From the IMG/VR virus record IMGVR_UViG_2541047746_000007: DNA of 29,075 nt. One strand, 5' to 3'. Of this stretch, positions 15,919-25,185 are shown one piece after another. Position numbers and translations under genes: made by a program. Origin of the DNA: a virus (lineage: Duplodnaviria > Heunggongvirae > Uroviricota > Caudoviricetes). Within the stretch, counting starts at the first letter, position 1. Each line of letters starts with the position of its first letter. Below the pieces are notes generated by a model. The model worked only from the letters and a program-made list of their open reading frames with translations, was not told the DNA's origin and made no database searches.

Positions 15919-15947
15919 TTGCATTTTTCAAAAAATATGGATAAAAT
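15919..15947 (+). promoter_or_regulatory. Candidate late promoter PR' (TTGCAT-17 nt-TAAAAT), probable qut region
   Basis: Promoter-like hexamers 32 nt downstream of the Q stop, followed about 50 nt later by an intrinsic terminator, as in lambda PR'-tR'. Confidence 0.45.
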
Positions 15948-15992
15948 TCTTTCAACGATGGGCTTTATATACCCGACGTTAAGAAAAAGTAG

Positions 15993-16017
15993 AAAACCCG
16001 CTGATGAGCGGGTTTTT
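15993..16017 (+). terminator. Rho-independent terminator (tR'-like)
   Basis: AAAA-CCCGCT-GATG-AGCGGG-TTTTT: 6-bp GC-rich stem, 4-nt loop, U-run. Confidence 0.7.
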
Positions 16018-16302
16018 GTGCTTTAAATAGGGTAATAGAGATGTTGAATCTCATTCCGGGATTCATGTTTGTTTACTTATTATTTATCGGGTGACTTTGC
16101 CTGATGTTTAAAATGTTTTCTTCCAGTGCTATGTCCCTAGATACAATGAGTCTGCATATTACATTATTAGCAGAGCTATTACGGTCAAAGTACAGCATAA
16201 GCTTTTAAAGCCAATCAACCAGTCATCAAGACAGACGGGGTTATTCATGAAAACTCTCCATGTTTGATTCGATGGGGCCTGAAATTAAAGCTTTAATATA
16301 GC

Positions 16303-16515
16303 TCATGAAAGGTAAACATTGGCAGCTGAAGGGCCACGCAGACCATTTATCCGGCAAAATTCCACGCGTAATCCGGTGGTAATTTCTTCTGCATCGCGGA
16401 GATTGAGCGCTGAAACATGAAGCTGGACATCGATACGACCATCGGATGGGGTGATAAGACCCTTGCCGCTTTTGCCGTCAAAGGTTTTGACAATTCCTGT
16501 CATTTTACGGGACAA
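16303..16515 (-). CDS. cspF: Cold-shock-domain protein, CspF/CspH-like
   Basis: 70 aa beginning [26 protein letters not shown] and ending [16 protein letters not shown] start with RBS AAGGAA. Divergent partner of the cspB-like gene. Confidence 0.75.
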
Positions 16516-16815
16516 AAAAATTCCTTAATACTGATAACTGGGCGCACTATACACACGTTCCTGAAGAAAGCTATAGTTTTTTGATGGGGTTGAAGATGGC
16601 TGGATGTCTAAAATAAACATTGCTTCATATGTTCAACTATGCGTTAATGATTGCGTCGGTTTGAAGAACAGACGATATACGAAGTAGTTTACTAAAGCAG
16701 TTCTCATTTCAGGTGTTATTCACTTATTCCTTCTTTGAGTCTCTCCAATTAAGTACGAAGTCGTTTCTGTTATACAAGCCATTTATGCCGAAAGGCTCAA
16801 GTTAAGGAATGTAGA

Positions 16816-17031
16816 ATGTCAAATAAAATGACTGGTTTAGTAAAATGGTTTAACGCTGATAAAGGTTTTGGCTTTATTTCTCCTGTTGATGGTAGTAAAG
16901 ATGTGTTTGTGCATTTTTCTGCGATTCAGAATGATAATTTTCGAACCTTATTTGAAGGTCAAAAGGTTACCTTCTCTGTAGAGAGTGGTGCTAAAGGTCC
17001 TGCAGCAGCAAATGTCATAATTACTGATTAA
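16816..17031 (+). CDS. cspB: Cold-shock protein, CspB-like
   Basis: 71 aa; [38 protein letters not shown] carries the RNP1/RNP2 motifs of CspA-family proteins. RBS AAGGAA. Confidence 0.8.
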   Translation: MSNKMTGLVKWFNADKGFGFISPVDGSKDVFVHFSAIQNDNFRTLFEGQKVTFSVESGAKGPAAANVIITD

Positions 17032-17312
17032 AATTCATAGTTTGTCTGTATACGATAACGAAGAAGGCTGATGCCTGAGTGGAGATACAGACAGAGTGGT
17101 GAATATTGGATCTCTTTAATAAATAGTAAGGAGGTCCAATACATGAAACAATGGCCAGCATATTTGGCAATAACTTAATCAGGAAAAGTATGCTAACCAT
17201 TGTGGTGAAGTGCAGGTTTGCTGCATGAATAGTTTTACAGCAGAAGCTAACTGCTGGCATAGCAAAACAAAGTGCGTAAGTGGATGACTCCCACAAAAAG
17301 TACCACAATATT

Positions 17313-17337
17313 AAACCCGCTCAGGCGGGTTTTTTAT
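17313..17337 (+). terminator. Rho-independent terminator, possibly bidirectional
   Basis: AAA-CCCGC-TCAG-GCGGG-TTTTTT downstream of cspB, in the gap before the convergent minus-strand zinc-ribbon gene. Confidence 0.75.
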
Positions 17338-17394
17338 TATCTGCTTTAAATATGTTATTAAAATATAAAAAATACTTGTTACGAATAAAATCAA

Positions 17395-17565
17395 TCAAGC
17401 TACAGCTTTAAGATTTGTCTGGAATACTTTGTTGCAATGAGGGCAGATCAAAAGGGCACCTTTTTGTACTCTTGAAAAACTGTGTTCTGACTCTTGGGTG
17501 CAGTTTGGGCAGGAACATTTAACGAGATAATTACGGCGTGATTTTGAGTCTTTACGTTCTGACAT
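17395..17565 (-). CDS. Small zinc-ribbon protein (Cys4, Com-like architecture), function unknown
   Basis: ATG at 17565 with RBS AGGAAAA; 56 aa with CSCPNC...(18 residues)...CPHC. The track ORF (to 17616) is over-extended. Confidence 0.5.
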   Translation of the reverse strand: MSERKDSKSRRNYLVKCSCPNCTQESEHSFSRVQKGALLICPHCNKVFQTNLKAVA

Positions 17566-17783
17566 AGGCTTTTCCTGTATAAATGGCCGTATACAGTACA
17601 CTAAATATGAAAACATATCTCGTATTATTATTTAATATATGATTTTCTTTTAAAATAATTACCCACATTTTTAATGTGTCTGTTTTTTAGCGCCGTTGAG
17701 AACAACGTTTGCTATAAAAACTAACCCATAGACTCCGATCTTTTCAAACATATTGCACCATCTGTGTACATCGGGGTGAGGAT

Positions 17784-17999
17784 ATGAAATCAATGGATAA
17801 GTTAACAACAGGTATCGCCTATGGCACATCGGCTGGTAATGCTGGTTTCTGGGCATTGCAGTTACTCGATAAAGTAACTCCGTCACAGTGGGCTGCAATC
17901 GGTGTGCTGGGTAGTCTGGTTTTTGGCCTGCTGACGTATCTGACAAACCTTTATTTCAAGATTAAAGAAGACAGGCGTAAGGTTGCGAGAAGAGAGTAA
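17784..17999 (+). CDS. Class II holin (EssQ/EssD / phage-21 S-like), dual-start motif
   Basis: 71 aa; [26 protein letters not shown] with two predicted transmembrane segments and a charged C-terminal tail. M1-K-S-M4 dual start as in holin/antiholin pairs. RBS GGGGTGAGGA. Confidence 0.85.
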   Translation: MKSMDKLTTGIAYGTSAGNAGFWALQLLDKVTPSQWAAIGVLGSLVFGLLTYLTNLYFKIKEDRRKVARRE

Positions 18000-18003
18000 T
18001 CCA

Positions 18004-18555
18004 ATGACACAAGACTATGAACTGGTTGTGAAAGGAGTCCGCAATTTTGAGAATAAAGTGGCGGTAACTGTAGCCTTACGGGACAAAAAACGCTTTGACG
18101 GTGAAATTTTTGACCTGGACATCTCGCTGGACCGTGTTGAAGGTGCCGCGCTGGAGTTTTATGAGGCAGCAGCCAGAATGAGAATCAGACAGGTATTCCT
18201 GGATGTTGCTGCCGGGTTATGTGTAGGGGATGAGCAGTCGCCGGAAAAGCGCCCCATAATTTTAGAGGCGCAGAATGTGTGGATAACCTACAAAGGAAAG
18301 CTACCGGGAAGAATTACTGGTTCTCTGAAGACGCCACCGACGGCATTGCGGTCAGAAAAAGATGATATTGAATCGCCCATTGAAAAACTGGAGGGCAGCG
18401 TCGCTGATCTGAATAAAAAATTGTCGGTGCTGATCCCTTCTGAAGATGAAAAAAAACGCCGCGATGAGCAGTTTGCGGCGTTTTACGATTATTGCATTGA
18501 AGTTACTCGCAGGAATTTTGTGAAGATTTTTGAGGAGGGTAAATCTCTTCAGTAA
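18004..18555 (+). CDS. Hypothetical protein in the lysis cassette
   Basis: ATG at 18004 immediately after the holin stop; 183 aa, acidic and coiled-coil-like. Lies between holin and endolysin, where Qin carries ydfR as I recall. Confidence 0.5.
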   Translation: MTQDYELVVKGVRNFENKVAVTVALRDKKRFDGEIFDLDISLDRVEGAALEFYEAAARMRIRQVFLDVAAGLCVGDEQSPEKRPIILEAQNVWITYKGKLPGRITGSLKTPPTALRSEKDDIESPIEKLEGSVADLNKKLSVLIPSEDEKKRRDEQFAAFYDYCIEVTRRNFVKIFEEGKSLQ

Positions 18556-18763
18556 GCTTAATGGCGGACGCTGCAATTAATTCAGGAAGGTCCGCAAGGT
18601 CATCTGTCAGTGGATATGATGAAAAATCGGCGGCAGTTCTGTTAAGAAGCGCTTTAACTAATTCCTTTTCCTTCTCCGGCAACAAGTTGATTAGAGCTAC
18701 GACTGCTTGCCTGAGTGCGATTAAATCAGCAAAAGTTTGTTTTGGTAGATTTGTGTAATCCAT
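18503..18763 (-). CDS. Hypothetical acidic protein encoded antisense within the lysis cassette
   Basis: 86 aa from the ATG at 18763 with RBS GAGGTG. Helical-looking protein with atypical codon usage (GC3 about 40%). Its 3' end overlaps the upstream plus-strand gene by 53 nt. Confidence 0.35.
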   Translation of the reverse strand: MDYTNLPKQTFADLIALRQAVVALINLLPEKEKELVKALLNRTAADFSSYPLTDDLADLPELIAASAIKLTEEIYPPQKSSQNSCE

Positions 18764-18876
18764 AGTCACCTCTGTGTTTATCAGATTGACATCCTCCTCC
18801 CGCCAGTGCCCATCACTGGTGAGGTAAGATTTAACATATCCGGGGATTTGAAGCCGATAAATCCTGATAAATATCC

Positions 18877-19904
<1,028 letters not shown>

Positions 19905-20267
19905 ATTAATATTAAATCGGATTATTTTTAGCGCTGAATGTGAAATTTAAATAAAAAGGACTCTTCCATGAGTCAAAATCCTTGAAATCTTAAGGGTAAG
20001 ATAAAAGGTCATTAGACAGAATGACACGTTTTATTAATAAATAAAGCTATTGTTTCATTCGTGTGTTTTTCTTTACAAAAGTAATCCTTGCTATGGTTGG
20101 TTAATCATGCGTTAATGGTGTTCTGGTTTGTTACAAAATTATCTGAAGCAGTCATTGTTATAATTTTATTATTTGTACCTCTTGAGATTTCCTTGTTGGT
20201 TTTTCTCTCTGATATTTTTTTTCGGACCATTCTGCCCAAGGGCTAACTTCTTCAAAAGGTAATAATG

Positions 20268-20480
20268 ATGTCTAACAAAATGACTGGTTTAGTGAAATGG
20301 TTTAACCCTGAAAAAGGTTTTGGTTTCATCACGCCGAAAGATGGTAGCAAAGATGTGTTTGTGCATTTCTCAGCTATTCAGAGCAACGATTTCAAAACGT
20401 TAACTGAGAATCAGGAAGTCGAATTTGGTATTGAGAACGGACCTAAAGGCCCTGCAGCTGTTCATGTAGTGGCACTTTGA
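20268..20480 (+). CDS. cspI: Cold-shock protein CspI-like
   Basis: 70 aa; [42 protein letters not shown]...[13 protein letters not shown]. Long AT-rich 5' leader upstream, typical of csp genes. Confidence 0.85.
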   Translation: MSNKMTGLVKWFNPEKGFGFITPKDGSKDVFVHFSAIQSNDFKTLTENQEVEFGIENGPKGPAAVHVVAL

Positions 20481-20685
20481 GGTAGAAAATATTACAAACC
20501 ATATTCACTTTAGATGCCCGTGTTGCCATGGTTCTCAGTATAGAACATCATCTTTTGATGTTTCTGACAGAAATCCTTTCGGGGCAAAATGTATCTTTTG
20601 TAAATCAATGATGATTACATTTGATAATATTTCACAATACTTAAATGTTAGCCATCTGTCGTTAGATTTAAGAAAGTGAAAATGA

Positions 20686-20707
20686 AGGCTCCTTCGGGAG
20701 CTTTTTT
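20686..20707 (+). terminator. Rho-independent terminator downstream of cspI
   Basis: GGCTCC-TTCG-GGAGC followed by TTTTTT. Confidence 0.6.
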
Positions 20708-20751
20708 GCTTAGTGTCTAGTCGATGGATACTCACATATTACGGTAACATT

Positions 20752-20982
20752 ATGAAAAAAATAATAGTTTTTTTTAACTCTGAACCAGCAATGGTAGTGC
20801 CAGTGATGACCGGAGTTAACACCATCATGCGTGAATATCCAAATGGCGAAACAACACACCTCACTGTAATGGCTGCAGGGTTTCCATCTCTGACCGGAGA
20901 TCATAAAGTCATTTATGTAGCAGCGGATCGACATGTAACTTCAGAAGAAATTCTGGAAGCAGCAATGAGACTCTTGAATTGA
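20752..20982 (+). CDS. Hypothetical small protein (moron)
   Basis: 76 aa from the ATG at 20752 (MKKIIVFFNSEPAMVVPVMTG...); weak RBS. Sits between cspI and gnsB, where Qin carries ynfN as I recall. Confidence 0.45.
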   Translation: MKKIIVFFNSEPAMVVPVMTGVNTIMREYPNGETTHLTVMAAGFPSLTGDHKVIYVAADRHVTSEEILEAAMRLLN

Positions 20983-21154
20983 TTTGATTCTAATGCATTG
21001 ATAATAAATGATAATCATCTTTATCTGTTTGTGTGAAATTTAGACCGTCGTATGTTGATTATTGCGATGTTTCATCTTATCTTTTATACGTTTGCTCCAT
21101 ATAATTGACACTACTGTGTACCAGGACAGTCATAACAGACTAAAAGAGGAAATG

Positions 21155-21328
21155 ATGAACATTGAAGAGTTAAAAACAAAAACAGAAGCAGATATTTCTG
21201 AATATATAACAAAAAAAATCATTGAGCTTAAGAAAAAGACCGGGAAAGAAGTTACCAGTATCCAGTTTACTGCACGGGAAAAAATGACTGGTCTTGAAAG
21301 CTATGATATCAAGATTGATTTAATCTAG
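21155..21328 (+). CDS. gnsB: GnsA/GnsB-family protein
   Basis: 57 aa; MNIEELKTKTEADISEYITKKIIELKKKTGKEVTSIQFTAREKMTGLESYDIKIDLI matches the GnsA/GnsB sequence as I recall it. RBS AAGAGGA. Confidence 0.75.
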   Translation: MNIEELKTKTEADISEYITKKIIELKKKTGKEVTSIQFTAREKMTGLESYDIKIDLI

Positions 21329-21623
21329 CATGTTTATAGTATTAGCATCAATTTCTCATCAGATGCTATTCAACAATACAAATTACCCATAAACCTCGTT
21401 TTTACGGGGTTTTGTTATATTTAAACATTACCGAATAGATATAAATCTCGATTGTCAATGGTATTGGTTGTGTGACAATACCTAGTCTTTCCGGTATGCC
21501 TGAAGAGAATACAAACGACAGATTATGTAAGGGAAACGCGCTGAAACTTTCACTCTTTCATGCTGAGTGATTTGACGTTATATTTTTAGCCGCAAGTGAA
21601 GAGCAAACGAATGGAGCGACAAA

Positions 21624-21830
21624 ATGCATAAAGATCAATACACTGATGCCCCCTCCCAGGAGCAGGTTCGTGTAAAAACTATGCTTAATAGCACCATTTC
21701 GATGGGTTACCCGGATGTTGTAATTGCATGTATAGAACATCAAGTATCTCTGGAAGCATTCAGGGCAATTGAGGCCGCGTTAGTAAAGCACGATAAGAAT
21801 ACGAAGGATTATTCCCTGGTGGTTGACTGA
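21624..21830 (+). CDS. Hypothetical small protein
   Basis: 68 aa with RBS GGAG 8 nt upstream of the ATG. No recognised motif. Confidence 0.45.
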   Translation: MHKDQYTDAPSQEQVRVKTMLNSTISMGYPDVVIACIEHQVSLEAFRAIEAALVKHDKNTKDYSLVVD

Positions 21831-22195
21831 TCACCATAACTGCTAACCATTCTGACCATTTCACAAGTGACAGAGTCAATATCGTATTCTGTCACTGTAA
21901 GGCTAATACAGTACTGCAATTCAACTACAGCAATGCCTCGTATTTAGGTGAATTTACAATATCGTCCAGTTCGGATGCCGGCTGCATTTCTGAAGATAAG
22001 GCATTTCGGTTCGCGTATTTTCCCCTCATGCTCGTCAGTCCTGCGCGTAGTAAGAAACAGGACACTCACACTAATTTGTGTGGGCATGCTGTGATGTCCT
22101 TCTGAATTATCCCCATGCCATTATGTAACGCTCTGTTTCAGATGCTCGTCACGGTTGTCAGGCTGTCGGGTCCTCCCAGTGGGGGTCCCTGCCAC

Positions 22196-22213
22196 GGGGC
22201 GGGAGCGTCGCGG
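22196..22213. other. Candidate cos site (cosN-like GGGGCGGGAGCGTCGCGG)
   Basis: Closely resembles the lambda left-end sequence GGGCGGCGACCTCGCGGG; lies about 170 bp upstream of the small terminase gene with A/T-rich flanks. Confidence 0.4.
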
Positions 22214-22382
22214 AAAAAGGCTAGTTTTTGCATTTTTATCGGCCACCATCATCTTTGCATCTTATTGATTATTAATGGTTGTTTGTTTTTTGTATGTCGA
22301 ATTGAGTGTTTTTTGTTCGACATCGAACGCGTTTTCTTAAAGTTGTTCGCACGATGCATGTTTAAAGCTCTCCGGAGGAAAT

Positions 22383-22874
22383 ATGGATCATGAGTTGAAA
22401 AACCTGGTGCTGAATATTAATCAACTGGCGGCTTTATCTGGTCTGCACCGCCAGACTGTCGTGGCAAGACTGAAAAACATTCGTCCCGCTGGTGGACATG
22501 ACAAACTCAAGCTATACCGGTTGACCGATATTCTGACTGAATTTATGGGGTTACCACCGCCGGTTGCTGAGGGCGAAATGGATCCACATGAACGCAAAGC
22601 CTGGTATCAGTCTGAACGTGAGCGTCTTAAGTTCGAACAGGAAACGGCACAACTCATTCCGGCCAGTGATGTCAGACGGGAGTTTGCCATCTGGGCAAAA
22701 GCGGTCGTGCAGGTGCTGGAGACATTACCGGATATTCTGGAACGTGACTGCGGCCTGCAGCCTGCCGCTGTGAGCCGTGTTCAGTCCATTATTGATGATC
22801 TGCGCGATCAGATAGCCCTGCGGGTGACCGAAGCAGGTGCGGATGATGAGGAGGAATTACAGCAGGAGGAGTAA
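22383..22874 (+). CDS. Terminase small subunit (Nu1-like, N-terminal HTH)
   Basis: 163 aa; N-terminal LNINQLAALSGLHRQTVVARLKN helix-turn-helix, acidic C-terminus. Stop overlaps the large-terminase start (TAATG). RBS GGAGG. Confidence 0.75.
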   Translation: MDHELKNLVLNINQLAALSGLHRQTVVARLKNIRPAGGHDKLKLYRLTDILTEFMGLPPPVAEGEMDPHERKAWYQSERERLKFEQETAQLIPASDVRREFAIWAKAVVQVLETLPDILERDCGLQPAAVSRVQSIIDDLRDQIALRVTEAGADDEEELQQEE

Positions 22875-24976
22875 TGCTGAATCAGGAAACCGCAAAGGCA
22901 GCACGAACCGATTCAGGTTATATCCTTCGCGCACCGAGACGAATGCGGGTTGCTGATGCCGTTGCTCAGTATATGCGGGTGCCCATGGGGGCCGGGAACT
23001 CAGTCCCGTGGGATCCGCTGGTGGCACCGTATGTTATTGAGCCTATGAACTGCCTGGCCTCGCGTGAATACGACGCAGTGATATTTGTTGGCCCGGCACG
23101 AACCGGCAAGACTATCGGCCTGATTGACGGCTGGGTGATTTACAACGTGATTTGCGATCCTGCTGATATGCTGATCATTCAGATGACGGAGGAAAAAGCC
23201 CGCGAACACTCCAAAAAACGACTCGCCAGAACGTTTCGCGTCAGCCCGGAAGTGGTCAGTCGCCTGAGTCCGAACAAAAATGACAACAACGTTTATGACA
23301 GAACATTCCTTGCTGGCAACTACCTGAAAATCGGCTGGCCGTCAGTCAATATCATGTCCTCATCAGATTATAAATGCGTGGCGCTGACGGATTATGACCG
23401 TTTTCCGGAAGATATTGATGGCGAGGGGGATGCCTTCTCTCTTGCCTCAAAACGTACCACCACATTTATGTCCAGTGGTATGACGCTGGTGGAGAGTTCC
23501 CCCGGCAGGGATGTGAAGGATGTGAAATGGCGACGGACTTCACCGCATGAGGCTCCACCAACCACGGGGATCCTGTCGCTCTATAACCGTGGCGATCGCC
23601 GTCGCTGGTACTGGCCCTGTCCACACTGTGGTGAGTATTTTCAGCCCTGCGGCGATGTGGTTGCTGGTTTCCGTGATATTGCCGATCCCGTGCTGGCAAG
23701 TGAGGCGGCTTATATTCAGTGTCCTTCCTGTTCAGGACGGATTATGCCTGAACAAAAACGTGAGCTGAACGGACGTGGGGTCTGGTTGCGGGATGGTGAA
23801 TCCATCAATGCGGATGGCAGTCGTTATGGTGATCCCCGACGCTCACGTATTGCGTCATTCTGGATGGAGGGTCCGGCAGCTGCTTACCAGACACTCTCGC
23901 AACTCGTTTACAAACTGCTTGCTGCAGAACAGGAATACGAGACAACCGGAAGTGAAGAAACACTCAAGACGGTTATCAATACCGACTGGGGATTACCTTA
24001 TCTTCCCCGTGCCAGCATGGAGCAACGAAAAAGTGAACTGCTTGAGCAGCGGGCAGAGCCAGTTCCTTCCCGCAGTGTGCCGGATGGCGTTAATTTCCTG
24101 GTGGCGACAGTTGATGTGCAGGCGGGACGTCATCGCCGTTTTGTGGTTCAGGTAACGGGCTATGGCAGCCGTGGCGAACGCTGGATTATTGATCGTTACA
24201 ACATCACGCAGTCATTGCGCGGTGACAGCGACGGGGAGAGCCAGCGAATTGATCCGGCCAGCTATCCGGAAGACTGGGATGTCCTGCTGACGGATGTTTT
24301 TCATAAAAGCTGGCCGCTGGCCTCCGATCCTTCTCAACAAATGCGACTGATGGCAATGGCGGTGGACTCCGGCGGTGAAGACGGAGTCACTGATAATGCC
24401 TATAAATTCTGGCGTCGTTGCCGTCGTGATGGCCTTGGTAAACGTATTTACCTGTTTAAGGGCGACAGCATCCGGCGCGCAAAACTGATCACCCGTACAT
24501 TCCCTGATAACACCGGACGAACGGGCCGACGGGCGCAGGCCGCAGGTGATGTACCGCTCTGGCTTCTTCAGACGGATGCCCTGAAAGACCGGGTGAATAA
24601 CGCGTTATGGCGTGACTCGCCAGGTCCCGGCTATGTGCATTTCCCTGACTGGCTGGGGAGCTGGTTTTACGACGAACTGACGTATGAAGAGCGGAGCAGT
24701 GACGGGAAATGGAGTAAGCCGGGTCGCGGTGCCAACGAAGCTTTTGACCTGATGGTGTATGCCGAGGCTCTGGTCATTCTGCATGGATACGAAAAGATCC
24801 GCTGGCCGGATGCACCGGAGTGGGCGAGCCGGGAAACCTGGCTGGAGTGTGTCCCGGACAGTACCGAACCGTCACCCACACCGGAACCGGTATCCACGCC
24901 TGTTAAAAAACAAAAACGGAAGAAAACAGTAACTGACGATGTTAACCCCTGGCTGACTTCCGGAGGATGGTTATGA
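22874..24976 (+). CDS. Terminase large subunit (GpA family)
   Basis: 700 aa; Walker A (GPARTGKT) and a CPHCGE zinc motif that aligns with lambda gpA (ACPHCGEE). Confidence 0.9.
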   Translation: MLNQETAKAARTDSGYILRAPRRMRVADAVAQYMRVPMGAGNSVPWDPLVAPYVIEPMNCLASREYDAVIFVGPARTGKTIGLIDGWVIYNVICDPADMLIIQMTEEKAREHSKKRLARTFRVSPEVVSRLSPNKNDNNVYDRTFLAGNYLKIGWPSVNIMSSSDYKCVALTDYDRFPEDIDGEGDAFSLASKRTTTFMSSGMTLVESSPGRDVKDVKWRRTSPHEAPPTTGILSLYNRGDRRRWYWPCPHCGEYFQPCGDVVAGFRDIADPVLASEAAYIQCPSCSGRIMPEQKRELNGRGVWLRDGESINADGSRYGDPRRSRIASFWMEGPAAAYQTLSQLVYKLLAAEQEYETTGSEETLKTVINTDWGLPYLPRASMEQRKSELLEQRAEPVPSRSVPDGVNFLVATVDVQAGRHRRFVVQVTGYGSRGERWIIDRYNITQSLRGDSDGESQRIDPASYPEDWDVLLTDVFHKSWPLASDPSQQMRLMAMAVDSGGEDGVTDNAYKFWRRCRRDGLGKRIYLFKGDSIRRAKLITRTFPDNTGRTGRRAQAAGDVPLWLLQTDALKDRVNNALWRDSPGPGYVHFPDWLGSWFYDELTYEERSSDGKWSKPGRGANEAFDLMVYAEALVILHGYEKIRWPDAPEWASRETWLECVPDSTEPSPTPEPVSTPVKKQKRKKTVTDDVNPWLTSGGWL

Positions 24977-25185
24977 ACCAGAATGATATCGAAGCCATGA
25001 TTCAGCGTTATACGGAAGCTGAAATGGCGGTGCTGGACGGAAAATCCGTCACCTTTAATGGTCAGCAGATGACCATGGAAAACTTATCTGAGATCCGGCA
25101 GGGACGGCAGGAGTGGGAGCGCCGCCTTGCGGCTCTGATTACACGACGACGGGGGCATCCCGGGTACCGGCTTGCGAGGTTCTGA
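24973..25185 (+). CDS. Head-tail joining protein gpW-like
   Basis: 70 aa from the ATG at 24973 (RBS GGAGG, ATGA overlap with the terminase stop). C-terminal RRRGHPGY resembles the lambda gpW tail (RRRGPAGFYV). Confidence 0.7.
   Translation: MNQNDIEAMIQRYTEAEMAVLDGKSVTFNGQQMTMENLSEIRQGRQEWERRLAALITRRRGHPGYRLARF

Noticed and set aside
15888-15944. 18-codon ORF starting at the Q stop codon (MIFAEDGDVMLAFFKKYG)
   Set aside because: Overlaps the predicted late promoter; more likely promoter/qut DNA than a gene.
17021-17308. 95-aa minus-strand ORF downstream of cspB
   Set aside because: Spans the cspB 3' end and terminator region, hydrophobic low-complexity translation, no RBS.
17671-17946. 91-aa minus-strand ORF overlapping the holin gene
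   Set aside because: Antisense to a holin with good RBS and dual-start motif; no independent support.
20535-20735. 66-aa minus-strand ORF downstream of cspI
   Set aside because: Reads through the cspI terminator hairpin; the same DNA on the plus strand encodes the more convincing zinc-ribbon-like frame.
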